A stretch of DNA of 64,000 nt from an uncultured Pseudomonadales bacterium (GTDB lineage: Bacteria > Patescibacteriota > Microgenomatia > UBA1400 > PJMF01): the NCBI GenBank assembly GCA_964502565.1, contig CAZCXA010000001.1, positions 3,806 to 67,805 on the forward strand, given 5' to 3'. Under the pieces are notes generated by a model that saw only the letters and a list, made by a program, of their open reading frames with translations, made no database searches and had not been told where the DNA came from. Made by a program: the position numbers and the translations under genes. Within the stretch, counting starts at the first letter, position 1. Each line of letters begins with the position of its first letter. Below are positions 26,529 through 36,833 of this stretch, one piece after another.

Positions 26529-27134
26529 TTAAGCTCGAGCAAGTATCTCCTTTTCAAAATCGGAAATAGCCTGCATCAAACCGGTTTGGTTACTTACAAT
26601 TTTATATATCTGTTTTTCTTTCTCATCAATAAAAAAATGCTTATTAATCGTTGCCATTACCTCATGCCAAAACTCTCCATATAAAATCATGGGTTTATGA
26701 TTACCAAAGTACAAGTGAGACATCAGCCAAGCAGTTGACCACTCACTCAGAGTGCCGGTACCACCTTTAAAACAAATAAATAAATCTGAGTAATAGATGA
26801 GACCTAACAGGCGTTCAATATAATTAGCAGTTTGAATCTCTTCCTCTACTTTATTTTCAGCATCTCGACCTTCAAACTCGGTCATGTCTTTGGGATAAAA
26901 AGTTACTGCAACACTTTTACCAACCACTGACTGCGCTCCGCGAGTTGCAGCCTGCATCACCCCTGGCCCTCCACCGTTAATAATCACCTTACCCATTTGT
27001 GCGACTTGTTGTGCAATAGTGAATACTTCCTGATATAACGGATGATCAGGCGAGACGTCAGCACTCCCAAAAAAAGCAACCTTCTCGATCTTGTTTGTTG
27101 TGTATTTTTCCGGAATCTTGATGTTGGTTTTCAT
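26529..27134 (-). CDS. LOG-family nucleotide 5'-monophosphate N-glycosidase (TIGR00730 Rossmann protein)
   Basis: INGGGPGVMQAATRGA and KGGTGTLSEW (PGGxGTxxE) signatures. Confidence 0.8.
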   Translation of the reverse strand: MKTNIKIPEKYTTNKIEKVAFFGSADVSPDHPLYQEVFTIAQQVAQMGKVIINGGGPGVMQAATRGAQSVVGKSVAVTFYPKDMTEFEGRDAENKVEEEIQTANYIERLLGLIYYSDLFICFKGGTGTLSEWSTAWLMSHLYFGNHKPMILYGEFWHEVMATINKHFFIDEKEKQIYKIVSNQTGLMQAISDFEKEILARA

Positions 27135-27252
27135 GTTGTTGTTTAATAGAGACTATTGAAAATTAACTCTTAAGTATTTAATAAGTGAGATTTAGTTTCT
27201 GGTGTAGTAAATTATCAAAAAAAATTATTTGCAGTTACTGACATTACTAGAT

Positions 27253-27912
27253 TTAAATGTTGGCAATCTTTTCTGCAACTTCTCTTGGATCTTCAGCTGT
27301 CCACAGCATGCTTCCAACAGCCACTGCATCAGCCCCAGCTTGTTTTAGTTTTTTTAAATTATCTAACTTGACCCCACCGTCAACAATAATCTCACATTGC
27401 AACCGTCTGTCTGTTAAAGATTGTTTTAAGTCTGTAACTTTTTGATAAATCAGCTCATTCAGTTTTTGCGCTTGGAATCCAGCCTCAACAGCCATTAATT
27501 GAATCTGGTCTAAATCTGGAAAAATCTGTTCCTCGATCTCGGTTAAAGGCGTAAAAAGGTCTAGTGATATGCCCACTTTAACTTGATGATCCTTTAATTC
27601 CTTAACATATTGATCCTGGAAGCTCATTCGCTCAACTTGAGCAATAACTGATCGAGTCGGAACTGAAAAACTACCATCTAATAACTCATAAACATAGTCA
27701 ACCGGTTCTTCAACCATTAAATGTAAATCAAGCTTGAGATCGCCAAAATCAAGTGTTGTTAAGTCTCCTAAAGAAACTGTTAAGTTATCAGCAAACAGGC
27801 CGTCTAGAATATCAACTTGCACAAGTTTAACTTGGGGTAATGATCTTGCTACTTCAAGTTGATGAGCAATAGTCTCTAAAGAATCTGATAATAAGGCTGG
27901 GTAAAATTTCAT
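27253..27912 (-). CDS. rpe: Ribulose-phosphate 3-epimerase-like TIM-barrel protein (divergent)
   Basis: VDILDG...HLMV...VDGGV...GADAVAVGSMLW pattern matches Rpe metal/phosphate-binding positions; divergent. Confidence 0.65.
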   Translation of the reverse strand: MKFYPALLSDSLETIAHQLEVARSLPQVKLVQVDILDGLFADNLTVSLGDLTTLDFGDLKLDLHLMVEEPVDYVYELLDGSFSVPTRSVIAQVERMSFQDQYVKELKDHQVKVGISLDLFTPLTEIEEQIFPDLDQIQLMAVEAGFQAQKLNELIYQKVTDLKQSLTDRRLQCEIIVDGGVKLDNLKKLKQAGADAVAVGSMLWTAEDPREVAEKIANI

Positions 27913-28007
27913 TAGTTTTTTGGTCTTGAGTCTGGGATACTGAATCTTTAAGTATGGTGGTTTGGCCTGGTGTTTTTGTTTAATAGTCTGGTATGGCGAT
28001 CACTAAC

Positions 28008-28457
28008 TCAGGATTGGTTCTCGATATCTGTTATTTGATCGATCCGTCTTTGATGCCGTTCTTCTGCAGTAAACCTTGTCACTAAAAATTTTTCAACAAT
28101 CTTTTTAATCTCATCTAAATCTAGCCAATCTGCTGATAAGGTAATTATATTGGCATTGTTGTGTTCCCTGGCATGCTCAGCACTTAAGGGATTAAAAACC
28201 TCAACTGCCCTGATTTTTCTGAGTTTGTTTGCGACAATGGCCATGCCAGCTCCAGATCTACAAAATAAAATTCCCATAGCATCTTTGTCAGCAGAAACTT
28301 TTTTTGCCACCTCAAAAGCAAATAAAGGATAGTCGTCTTGAGGATCTAACTGATAAGCGCCAGCGTCAACAACCTTGTAACCTTGCTCCTTAAGCCACTT
28401 GTGAATCTGTTGTTTAACTTGAAAACCGCCGTGGTCAGCACCAAGAATGATTTTCAT
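28008..28457 (-). CDS. rpiB: Ribose-5-phosphate isomerase B
   Basis: MKIILGADHGGFQVKQQI... and CRSGAGMAIVANK (RpiB/LacAB catalytic Cys motif); start taken at MKII. Confidence 0.85.
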   Translation of the reverse strand: MKIILGADHGGFQVKQQIHKWLKEQGYKVVDAGAYQLDPQDDYPLFAFEVAKKVSADKDAMGILFCRSGAGMAIVANKLRKIRAVEVFNPLSAEHAREHNNANIITLSADWLDLDEIKKIVEKFLVTRFTAEERHQRRIDQITDIENQS

Positions 28458-28571
28458 AAAAAAAACCAATAATTAATATAGGCAATCTGTAATTAAACTT
28501 GATTATCCCATTCTAACAAAAACCCGCATCAGAAAAAGATGCGGGTTTAGTACCTTTAATCAAGAAACTAG

Positions 28572-28778
28572 TTATTTCTTAACTTTTCTTAGTACTGGCA
28601 TACCTGTTCTCTTGGTTTCAACAACTTCATAACCAGCTGGTACAGCTCCAATTGCTTCATTTCGAACATCGCGGGCAAAGAAATAAATAGTTTGAACACG
28701 ACCGTTTTTGAGGGTTACATCCTTCTTGTGAAGAAAGTAGGTCTGACCCTTTGAGTTTGAATAACTATAAGCACTCAT
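28572..28778 (-). CDS. Hypothetical small basic protein (68 aa)
   Basis: ORF only; Lys/Arg-rich; no family recognised. Confidence 0.35.
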   Translation of the reverse strand: MSAYSYSNSKGQTYFLHKKDVTLKNGRVQTIYFFARDVRNEAIGAVPAGYEVVETKRTGMPVLRKVKK

Positions 28779-28972
28779 AAATGCTCCTTTTCTTCCCTGT
28801 TTAGGGATAGTTAATAATTTGTTAAGACCAACTAAGATTTACTTAGTCTGGTTACATTAGATTTTTAACAAAACAAAGATTGGTTTTAATTAAATTATTG
28901 TTTTGCTATTAATCTAATATTGAGCTTACCAGAACCAGATAGATACCTCAAGTGCCAATTTCTATAACAAGA

Positions 28973-29509
28973 TTACTCGAGTCCCAGACCATCTTCTTGA
29001 TTGGTCTCGTCATCAACGATCAGACCTCTTAACAGTTCTTGCTCGATTTCTTGATCATTAGGATCTGCTTCTTTAGACACAACCACCTCTAAAGGAAGTT
29101 GATCTCGTGAAACCGAGGCGCTACCGGTGTAACCACCCTTGCTATAAGTTAAAACAAATGCTTTTTGATAAAAGCCCTCATCCTTTGGACTGATCCAAAC
29201 CTGGTAAGTGGCAGCTTCTTCTTGAGGTAAGTCTGCAGAAACGCTAAACAGTAATCTATCGTCAACAAAGCGATATCTAACCTGACCTGAAGCCAAACTT
29301 TCATCTTCTGGTTTGAGCTGGACAGTGCTTGTATCTGGCGCGCCAATCACGATTTGATCTTTTTCCGAGAGATTCTCAATCTCAACCTCTTGAAAAAGAT
29401 TGTTCTGGTCACGCTGGGTTCTAAGGTTATACCAGCGGAAAGCTAAAAATAATACCAATAAAAGAGAGATTATTGGAATGATGAATGGGGAATATTTTTT
29501 AAAGTTCAT
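28973..29509 (-). CDS. Hypothetical N-terminally membrane-anchored extracytoplasmic protein
   Basis: N-terminal TM (FIIPIISLLLVLFLAF), acidic C-terminus; no family recognised. Confidence 0.45.
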   Translation of the reverse strand: MNFKKYSPFIIPIISLLLVLFLAFRWYNLRTQRDQNNLFQEVEIENLSEKDQIVIGAPDTSTVQLKPEDESLASGQVRYRFVDDRLLFSVSADLPQEEAATYQVWISPKDEGFYQKAFVLTYSKGGYTGSASVSRDQLPLEVVVSKEADPNDQEIEQELLRGLIVDDETNQEDGLGLE

Positions 29510-29752
29510 AAAAGCCTTTCTTAAAAATAATTATGAAAGAGATGAAAAATAATTGTTAAAGAAAAAAAATCTTGATTGCAGTAAAGCTAGTTGTAAATTG
29601 TTATATTTTGATATTATTTTCTCTAATTTATAAGAGATGTCAATTAGTAGTTATTAGTTAATCATATTTATAACTGAAACTATTAGAATTTACAAGTTGC
29701 AACATGGCTAGGTAAACTTGTTGCACTAAATAATACTAAACAACTGTGAAGA

Positions 29753-30478
29753 TTAAAAAAATTTTTCGTGAAAGATGTTGGCAATTGGCACTTCTCGCTG
29801 TTGCAAAATCTGTTTTGCTTCATTAACCATCTCTTTGCAACCACATAAATAATAATCCGCTTTTGGTGGCAGGTCATGCATCTGTAAGCAGTCGGTCACC
29901 CTACCTCTGCACAACGGCCACTGCGTCTCTGGGCGAGATAAAGTGGGATGAAACTTAAAGTTAGGAAAGCTTTTTGACCAGCGCGTAAACTCATCTTGCC
30001 ATATCAAATGGCTAGCATGTCGCAGTCCCCAATATAAAATAATGGGCTTGCTAAAAGAGTTATTTTTTAACTGATCTACTACCATACTATGCAAAGGCGC
30101 GATGCCTGACCCTGTGCCCACTAATACTATTGCCTCTCTGTCAGGATTTTCCTTAATAACAAACCTTCCCATCGGTGCTAGAAACTTAATCTCATCTCCA
30201 TATTTTAGATTTTGAAAATAAGAAACACCGGCTCCCTGAGGCATAACATCCAACAATATCTCGATCCCATGATCAATATCTGGATCACTACAAATTGAGT
30301 AAGCCCGATGCAAACCTGCTTCATTAACCACAAGGGAAACATAATGTCCAGCTTGAAAATTAAGGATGTAAGGGGACTTTAGTTCAAAGTGGTAATGTTC
30401 AAACTTTTCATTATAAACTTCTTTATTCTCAAAGATGGCAGTGTATTCTTGTGGTTTTTGCATATTAGTATTGGGCAT
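29753..30478 (-). CDS. FNR-type FAD/NAD(P)-binding oxidoreductase
   Basis: RAYS FAD-binding motif (HRAYSICS), GTGSGIAP NAD(P)-binding motif; ~240 aa like PyrK/FNR-like reductase subunits. Confidence 0.7.
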   Translation of the reverse strand: MPNTNMQKPQEYTAIFENKEVYNEKFEHYHFELKSPYILNFQAGHYVSLVVNEAGLHRAYSICSDPDIDHGIEILLDVMPQGAGVSYFQNLKYGDEIKFLAPMGRFVIKENPDREAIVLVGTGSGIAPLHSMVVDQLKNNSFSKPIILYWGLRHASHLIWQDEFTRWSKSFPNFKFHPTLSRPETQWPLCRGRVTDCLQMHDLPPKADYYLCGCKEMVNEAKQILQQREVPIANIFHEKFF

Positions 30479-30566
30479 AAAGTATTAGATATAAAGTACT
30501 AAATATTTATATAGTAAGTTGCTAGTGCTAGAGCTATTATAGCAATCCTCTGTAAAAATAACCTGC

Positions 30567-31136
30567 TTATTTTAAAGTTTTCTGCCAATCTTGACCATAC
30601 CATAAACCTAAAACCAGTTTAGCAATCGTGGCATATTCTTCAGTGCGATCAACAAAGTTTTTAGTAACAACACCAATTAAACCTTCTCTTGTTTTTAAGG
30701 AAGGAACCTGACAATAATCAGCCATAAACGGTCCCATCTCACCGCCAGCTAAAATTTCCTGAGCAACCAAGCTTGGCACCTTAAACCGAGCTCCATTTCC
30801 TAAAAAGACCTGCTCCTCTTGATCAACCACAGCTCCCCAGACAGTTGTCCACATCTGATCTTCATCATCAATAAAAACTCCACCTTCCAAACCCATGCCT
30901 AAAGTTTCCTGCCCGTTGTGAGATTTTTTTGTCGGGGTTGCCCCCAATCCTTTAATCAAGGCTTGTTGTGCTCGATTTATAGCTCCTTGTTTAGTTTCCT
31001 GATCAGTAATGGGTTGTTCACTAACACCGCTTGTCACATCAAATCCCTGCACAACTACCTCAGGCCATGTTTCAGAAGCCGCGATAATGGTAGCATTGAG
31101 TTTTACTGGATTGGTTGAGCCAACAAAAATCTGCAT
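30567..31136 (-). CDS. Inosine/xanthosine triphosphatase (YjjX family, Maf/Ham1 superfamily)
   Basis: MQIFVGSTNPVKLNA N-terminus typical of YjjX NTPases; start set at MQIF. Confidence 0.55.
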   Translation of the reverse strand: MQIFVGSTNPVKLNATIIAASETWPEVVVQGFDVTSGVSEQPITDQETKQGAINRAQQALIKGLGATPTKKSHNGQETLGMGLEGGVFIDDEDQMWTTVWGAVVDQEEQVFLGNGARFKVPSLVAQEILAGGEMGPFMADYCQVPSLKTREGLIGVVTKNFVDRTEEYATIAKLVLGLWYGQDWQKTLK

Positions 31137-31151
31137 GAAGTTTAATAACAA

Positions 31152-31646
31152 TTATTGCAAAACTCGACGAATAATTTTAGTTTCAAGATCACGCGCCTCA
31201 CCTCCAAAATCATATTGATCAAGCTGAGATAAACCGATCCATGCTAGCTCGGTATGCTCGTGAGATAATCTCACGGTTGAAGCTAAGTTTTCCTCAATTA
31301 CCGCCTTCCAACCACAATTAATTGAGTAGATTTGACGGTCTGGTTCAAAATAAGTGGCAAAATAAACCAAACTCTCTTCAGTAAAAAGTTGAGGGTCAAG
31401 CTGGAGATTAACCTCCTCTTGTATCTCGCGCGCGATATCTTGCTGATGTAGGTTAATCTTTGGTTGCAAAACATTGGTTGGCCAGTCGCTGTTACCACCA
31501 GGCAAGTCCCAGTTACCAGGTCTTGAAAAACTTGAAGCTGAGCGTTTTAAGATTAAAACTTTATCTTGAGAAATAATGGCAACCTTATGTAAAAGTTTGA
31601 CATTAGCAGTGAGTTGGTGTGGAGAAAAAGTCACAGAATCAGACAT
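31152..31646 (-). CDS. NUDIX hydrolase
   Basis: Nudix-box-like G(x5)E(x7)REIQEEVNL segment (PGGNSDW...DIAREIQEEVNL). Confidence 0.65.
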   Translation of the reverse strand: MSDSVTFSPHQLTANVKLLHKVAIISQDKVLILKRSASSFSRPGNWDLPGGNSDWPTNVLQPKINLHQQDIAREIQEEVNLQLDPQLFTEESLVYFATYFEPDRQIYSINCGWKAVIEENLASTVRLSHEHTELAWIGLSQLDQYDFGGEARDLETKIIRRVLQ

Positions 31647-31690
31647 GAACCAATTTTAACATATTTTTTAATGGTTAATTTTTTAAAAAA

Positions 31691-31721
31691 ACCCGCTTAA
31701 ACAATAACTGCTACAGCGGGT
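31691..31721 (-). terminator. Rho-independent terminator after cspA (hairpin ACCCGCU/AGCGGGU flanked by A- and T-runs; potentially bidirectional)
   Basis: aaaaaaACCCGCUuaaacaauaacugcuacAGCGGGUauuuuuu; 7-bp GC-rich stem, long loop, U-tract on both strands. Confidence 0.5.
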
Positions 31722-31767
31722 ATTTTTTAAATTTTTGAGTTTATATTACTTGATCAAACTCACATCA

Positions 31768-32001
31768 TTAGGCTTCAGCTGATGCTAAAGTTACATTGAC
31801 TGCCTGTAAGCCTTTATCACCTTGCTCAACAGTGAACTCAACCTTTGTGTTTTCTTGCAATTGGTTGGGATCCACTCCATTGAGGTTGGTAATATGTACA
31901 AACACGTCACCCTGGCCTTCATCTGGAGCAATAAAACCATAACCTTTGGTGATATTGAACCACTTGACGCTACCGGTCTGTCTTTGAGTGTTGTCTTCCA
32001 T
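31768..32001 (-). CDS. cspA: Cold-shock protein (CspA family)
   Basis: GSVKWFNITKGYGFI (RNP1) and VFVHI (RNP2) motifs; 77 aa. Confidence 0.92.
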   Translation of the reverse strand: MEDNTQRQTGSVKWFNITKGYGFIAPDEGQGDVFVHITNLNGVDPNQLQENTKVEFTVEQGDKGLQAVNVTLASAEA

Positions 32002-32133
32002 ATGTTCTCCTCTCCTAAGAGACTAATTAATAACGCAAAATAATCAATTAATGTTTAAAAATGAGTAAGCAAAAAAGGGAGGTGTTCAAGTTATTTTAGA
32101 AGAATGGTTGTTTAAGTTGTTGTTCAATAGATA

Positions 32134-32142
32134 TATTATAGC
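32134..32142 (-). promoter_or_regulatory. Extended -10 promoter (TGcTATAAT) for cspA with ~125-nt 5' UTR
   Basis: Minus-strand TGCTATAAT; long 5' UTR is typical for csp genes. Confidence 0.35.
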
Positions 32143-32210
32143 AGGTCTTGACAAGAAAATCTAGTACTCAATACTCATTATTAAGTTATGCGCCTTGAAA
32201 AATTAAGTTT

Positions 32211-32795
32211 TTATATCAGGGCCATCTGCACTCCATCGTTTTTTTTAGGTGTAAAACTAAAGTCAACATCGCATTCAATAAACCGATTCCATTTATTACG
32301 AAACTTAACTTTGCCTGTTTTCAAACCATAATCATAAATATCTCGAGTTACTTTTACATCTTGTAAGCAGTACTCTTTTAACTTATCCATCTGATTGTTC
32401 TTATAATATTTTATGGCATCCAGCCCGTCACCGATCTTGCCCCTGCCTAATGTTTCTTTAGCAACATTATCAAGTCTGATGCGATGACCAAAACTGTCTT
32501 TTATCCTGTTCATAAGATCTAGGGTTGGAAAAGCCTCAATCTCTCCTGTGTAATAAGGTGCTAGGGTGGGTAGATCAAAACTGTCAATATTATAGCCCAC
32601 CAAAACATCAGCCTTCTCAAGCAATGGAAAAAGATCAGGTAAATCATCTTCAAAAAAAGCCTTCATCTCGCCAGGCTCACCAAACTGCTGACGGATGTTT
32701 ACTCCAACAAAAGAAACCCCTAAGCGGTCGGGAAAATAACCGCCAACCTCGTTAAAAGTTTTTTTTGTTTCAACATCTAAAATTATTTGGAGCAT
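32211..32795 (-). CDS. DEDD-family 3'-5' exonuclease (RNase H-like fold)
   Basis: Exo I ILDVETKK (D-x-E), Exo II VGYNIDSFDLP, Exo III YCLQDV (Y-x3-D). Confidence 0.6.
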   Translation of the reverse strand: MLQIILDVETKKTFNEVGGYFPDRLGVSFVGVNIRQQFGEPGEMKAFFEDDLPDLFPLLEKADVLVGYNIDSFDLPTLAPYYTGEIEAFPTLDLMNRIKDSFGHRIRLDNVAKETLGRGKIGDGLDAIKYYKNNQMDKLKEYCLQDVKVTRDIYDYGLKTGKVKFRNKWNRFIECDVDFSFTPKKNDGVQMALI

Positions 32796-32882
32796 GATTA
32801 ACTGAGTTGGGTACTTGATTTTTAATATCGAGTTTTTTTATTAAGTATGGAATCTTTGGCTGGAGATCAAGGTATCTCGTTT

Positions 32883-33725
32883 TCAACCTTCTTCTACAAT
32901 CCTCATTAACTCTATCACTCTATCTTGAAAAATGGTGTCAATAAATTGAGTTATCTTCTCAATGTCTGGACTTTTATCCTCGAGCTTGAACCGGTTAAGC
33001 TCACGCCACAAGCTTTCACCCACTATAAATCCCGAGGCGCCATTTTCTAAACAAATCCTTAGCTCTTGCTTAAACTCTTCATAATTATGATTGTAGTTTG
33101 CAAAGATCCAGGGTATATCTAGCTCAGCCGTAATGGTAGCAATGGCCAAAGCATCAACTGGACACTGTAGGGCAATCGCGTCTGTACTGTTTTTTAACTC
33201 TTGAATCGCAACCAGTTGATCTTCTTGAAAAGCCTCGGGCGTGAACTCTTCATCAGCCGGTGTGTACACAATCAAGTTTAAGAGTAAATCTATATCTAGA
33301 TAATCACAGTAGTCATGAACCTCGGCTAATAACTGCTTTTTTTTTAAAGCTTGTTCTTCTTCTGGATGATAATAAAACTCCAAACAAGCCATGTTGTAAT
33401 TATTTCTCAACTCTTCCAAACCATAATTAGGAATTAAAGAAGGAATCGCAAGCGGATCAAGATCTTCACGCACGGTAGTTAATCGCATCAGGATTCCAGC
33501 CTTACCTTGGTTTTTGGCCAGTTCAAAACTGTAAATCGGATCAAGTACCAAGCCGGTTAGATGTTCTGCCCCGATTTTACCCATCTGTTCAAGGAGGTTA
33601 ACAACTATCTCAACATTCTGTGAAATCTGAAGGTCAAGTCCTAAACACGAAGCCAGCTTGGGTGCTAAATCTAGTTCAAGCAAACCTATGGTTTTGTTGT
33701 CTGATTGAATTGAAGGCAGGGTCAT
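32883..33725 (-). CDS. TIM-barrel aldolase-like protein (class I aldolase / LacD-DeoC-like), start at internal Met
   Basis: GASGFIVGESLW near C-terminus resembles phosphate-binding end of class I aldolases; ORF-track N-terminal 38 aa would overlap the pnp terminator hairpin so start moved to MTLPSIQ. Confidence 0.35.
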   Translation of the reverse strand: MTLPSIQSDNKTIGLLELDLAPKLASCLGLDLQISQNVEIVVNLLEQMGKIGAEHLTGLVLDPIYSFELAKNQGKAGILMRLTTVREDLDPLAIPSLIPNYGLEELRNNYNMACLEFYYHPEEEQALKKKQLLAEVHDYCDYLDIDLLLNLIVYTPADEEFTPEAFQEDQLVAIQELKNSTDAIALQCPVDALAIATITAELDIPWIFANYNHNYEEFKQELRICLENGASGFIVGESLWRELNRFKLEDKSPDIEKITQFIDTIFQDRVIELMRIVEEG

Positions 33726-33886
33726 ATGAATAATAGTATAAAGTATTTGAAAAAAAGAATTAAGGGTTTGGTATGAATTATAAGGTGTGAATAGCGAGAT
33801 ACGGGGTGTGGAAAATTTAATTTTTACTCTATTCATCAATTAAATCTTGCTAAATCCCGTAGTTAATCATGGTTGAGTCACAAAAT

Positions 33887-33922
33887 GGACCTTGCTGTAG
33901 TTTCTGTTCTACAGCAAGGTCC
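33887..33922 (-). terminator. Terminator hairpin downstream of pnp (14-bp perfect stem)
   Basis: GGACCUUGCUGUAG-uuucuguu-CUACAGCAAGGUCC, followed on minus strand by AUUUUGU. Confidence 0.55.
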
Positions 33923-33938
33923 AGATAAGTTTTTCTGA

Positions 33939-36194
33939 TTATCTTCTTGAATAACTGCTAGACCGATTGGTGCCCCTTCTGCCTTGGTCAGGACGATAAC
34001 TTGGTCTTTTATTCTGGCGCTGTTGCTTTACCTGCTCAGCCTCGTCTTTGCTAAGCATTGACAAACCAATCTTACCATCGTCCTTGATCTCGGCCACTCT
34101 AATTTTAACCTCGTCGCCAACTTTAGCAATGTCATGAGCATCTTTTACATAATTGGTTGCCATCTGTGAAATATGCACTAAACCTTCACGACCAGGCAAA
34201 AACTCGACAAAAGCTCCGTAGGCTTCAACACGGGTTACTGTACCTTCATACTCCTCATCAACCTCAACAGTTTTAAGGATGTTCTCGATCATCTTCTTAG
34301 CTTTGCTAATGGCCATGATATCATCTGAGGCGATATTAACGATTCCCAGATCGCGATCTTCATCTTCCTCAATATCTACCTGCGCATCAGTTAAAGCAAT
34401 AATTTCTTTAATGATCTTACCTCCAGGTCCGATCACCTCACCAATACGATCCGCGGGAATTTCTAGTTGATGCACTTTTGGCGCAAACCGACTTAACTCG
34501 GCTCGTGGCTCTTTGATTGTTTTAAGCATTTCTGCCAAAATATGCAAACGACCTTTTTTAGCTTGAGTTAAAGCCTCACGTAAAATTTGAACCGTAATAC
34601 CGGTTAGTTTTATATCCATCTGAATTGCTGTAACACCATCCTTGGTGCCAGCAACCTTAAAGTCCATATCACCGACATGATCTTCCAAACCCTGAATATC
34701 TGATAACACTACATAGTTGCTAAAATCTTCATTACTCATCAAACCCATAGCAATTCCTGCCACCGGGGCTTTAATTGGCACACCAGCTACCATCAAGGAC
34801 ATGGTGGAACCACAGACTGATGCCTGACTTGTTGAGCCGTTGGAAGACAGGATCTCACTGACCACACGAATGGTGTAAGGAAACTCAGATTGAGGCGGAA
34901 GCATAGGCAAAAGTGCTCGTTCAGCCAAGGCTCCATGCCCAACCTCACGTCGCTTTGGATATCCAAAACGGCCCACCTCGCCTGACGCATAAGGTGGCAT
35001 ATTGTAATGGTGAATGTAATGACGCACTGCTTCTCCCTCAATATCTTCAATATATTGACCTAAAGAAGGACTGCCTAAGGTTGTAACCGAGACCACCTGA
35101 GTAGCTCCGCGCTTAAACATGGCACTGCCATGGGTGCGAGGGAAAACATCTATCTCAGACCAAATCGGTCTAATTTCATCAGGCTTGCGGTCATCTGGGC
35201 GAGTCTTTTCCTCTAAAATCATACGACGAGCTTCTTGCTTCATTAAATCAAATAAAATATTTTTAACTTCTTTGGCCTCAGCTTCTACCGCGTCTTCATC
35301 AATAAAAACCTTTTCATTCAAGTACTCAACCATCTCTTCAACCAAAGCATCTAATCCAAAATCTTCGAGATGACCTTGTTTAACCACTGCCTCATGAACT
35401 TGCGATGAAAACTTCTGAGAAATTTCTTGAGTAATTTTTTCTTGACGAGCCTTAACTTCCTCTGCAAGAGGTTCTACTAACTCTAGTTTTTCTTTGCCAA
35501 CCTTTGCCACAATTTGATCAATATCAGCACAAACTTGCTTGAGTTGGGTTTGTGCCTGTTTCATTGCTTCGATAACAATCTCTTCATCAACTTCATTAGC
35601 ACCTGCCTCGACCATAACAATTGAGTCACCAGTGCCGGAAACAATCAGATCTAGATCCAGCTCCTCCTGTTCTTTTTCAGAAGGATTGAGCAGATACTTT
35701 TGCTCAGCTTTCTTATAACCAATGCGTAGTCCTGCCACTGGACCGTTAAAGGGAATATTGGAAATACTTAAAGCTAGACCGGTTGCAACTAAAGCTAGCA
35801 TGTCATGACTGTTTTCTCCATCATAAGAAAAAACAGTGCTAACAACTTGTACTTGATTCGTAATACCTTCTGGAAAAAGCGGGCGAATAGAGCGATCGAT
35901 CACTCGCGCCTTTAACACAGCATCGTCAGTGGGTCGACCTTCACGTTTGACCCAACGCGAACCTTTAATAATACCGCTAGCATAAAGCTTTTCTTCATAT
36001 TCTACAGTTAAAGGGAAATATCCCCAATCCACCTTACTGCCTAATGCTACAGTGGTGTGAACAACAGTTTCTCCACATCTGGCTAAAACAGCAGAAGCGG
36101 TTTGCTCACTAAACTTACCAATGGTAAACTCGATTGTCTTGTCTCCGAGTTTAATCTTGTGATCAAGCTGATCAGTATATGTTGGATGTAACAT
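33939..36194 (-). CDS. pnp: Polyribonucleotide nucleotidyltransferase (PNPase)
   Basis: Two RNase PH domains, KH and S1 domains recognisable; start chosen at MLHPTY with AAGGA SD 10 nt upstream rather than ORF-track ATG at 36221. Confidence 0.93.
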   Translation of the reverse strand: MLHPTYTDQLDHKIKLGDKTIEFTIGKFSEQTASAVLARCGETVVHTTVALGSKVDWGYFPLTVEYEEKLYASGIIKGSRWVKREGRPTDDAVLKARVIDRSIRPLFPEGITNQVQVVSTVFSYDGENSHDMLALVATGLALSISNIPFNGPVAGLRIGYKKAEQKYLLNPSEKEQEELDLDLIVSGTGDSIVMVEAGANEVDEEIVIEAMKQAQTQLKQVCADIDQIVAKVGKEKLELVEPLAEEVKARQEKITQEISQKFSSQVHEAVVKQGHLEDFGLDALVEEMVEYLNEKVFIDEDAVEAEAKEVKNILFDLMKQEARRMILEEKTRPDDRKPDEIRPIWSEIDVFPRTHGSAMFKRGATQVVSVTTLGSPSLGQYIEDIEGEAVRHYIHHYNMPPYASGEVGRFGYPKRREVGHGALAERALLPMLPPQSEFPYTIRVVSEILSSNGSTSQASVCGSTMSLMVAGVPIKAPVAGIAMGLMSNEDFSNYVVLSDIQGLEDHVGDMDFKVAGTKDGVTAIQMDIKLTGITVQILREALTQAKKGRLHILAEMLKTIKEPRAELSRFAPKVHQLEIPADRIGEVIGPGGKIIKEIIALTDAQVDIEEDEDRDLGIVNIASDDIMAISKAKKMIENILKTVEVDEEYEGTVTRVEAYGAFVEFLPGREGLVHISQMATNYVKDAHDIAKVGDEVKIRVAEIKDDGKIGLSMLSKDEAEQVKQQRQNKRPSYRPDQGRRGTNRSSSYSRR

Positions 36195-36488
36195 AATTTT
36201 TTTCCTTTTGCAGATGGTCATGGTTAACAGTCACCGGTTTGTAGCGGTTATCTGCGCCAAACTTCTGCTAAATAATTCATTGTTTGTTCTAAGCTGAGGG
36301 AAACTGATTTCAATAAGCAGGAAGTAGTTATTTTTTGGGAGCCAAGACTCTTTTAAAAAAATAATCACTGCTTGCCAATCGAAACTCAGTTACTCTAGCT
36401 TAGTAATTAATAATTAATATTTTGTTTAAAAATCTATCGTACACAGTTTATAAATTTTTAACTAGTTTGAGATAAATCCTTAAACTTT

Positions 36489-36758
36489 TTACTTTTTTAA
36501 ACCAATTTTTTTGATTAACGCCTGATATCTTTCGTCACTGTGTCTTTGTAAAAATCTTAATAAACGTCTTCTTTTGGAAACTTGACGCAATAACCCTTTG
36601 CGCGAATGGTCATCACCTGGGTGTTTTTTAAGATGGTCAGTAATTTCTTGAATACTGGCTGTTAACAATGCCACCTGTACTTCAGGGGAACCTGTGTCGC
36701 CTTCAAACTGTTGATAGCCTTCAATAATTTTTTGTTTCTGCTTTTTTAATAAAGCCAT
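36489..36758 (-). CDS. rpsO: 30S ribosomal protein S15
   Basis: 89 aa; ...HLKKHPGDDHSRKGLLRQVSKRRRLLRFL... classic S15. Confidence 0.93.
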   Translation of the reverse strand: MALLKKQKQKIIEGYQQFEGDTGSPEVQVALLTASIQEITDHLKKHPGDDHSRKGLLRQVSKRRRLLRFLQRHSDERYQALIKKIGLKK

Positions 36759-36833
36759 GGTATGTCTCCTTTTTCCCTTATTTTGCTAGAGTTTTCCAGC
36801 AAATAAAGTAACCAATACTAATATTTAATATCT

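Noticed and set aside
32883-33839. ORF-track 318-aa form of the aldolase-like gene
   Set aside because: The first 38 codons run through the strong pnp terminator hairpin (33887-33922). Start reassigned to the internal Met at 33725.
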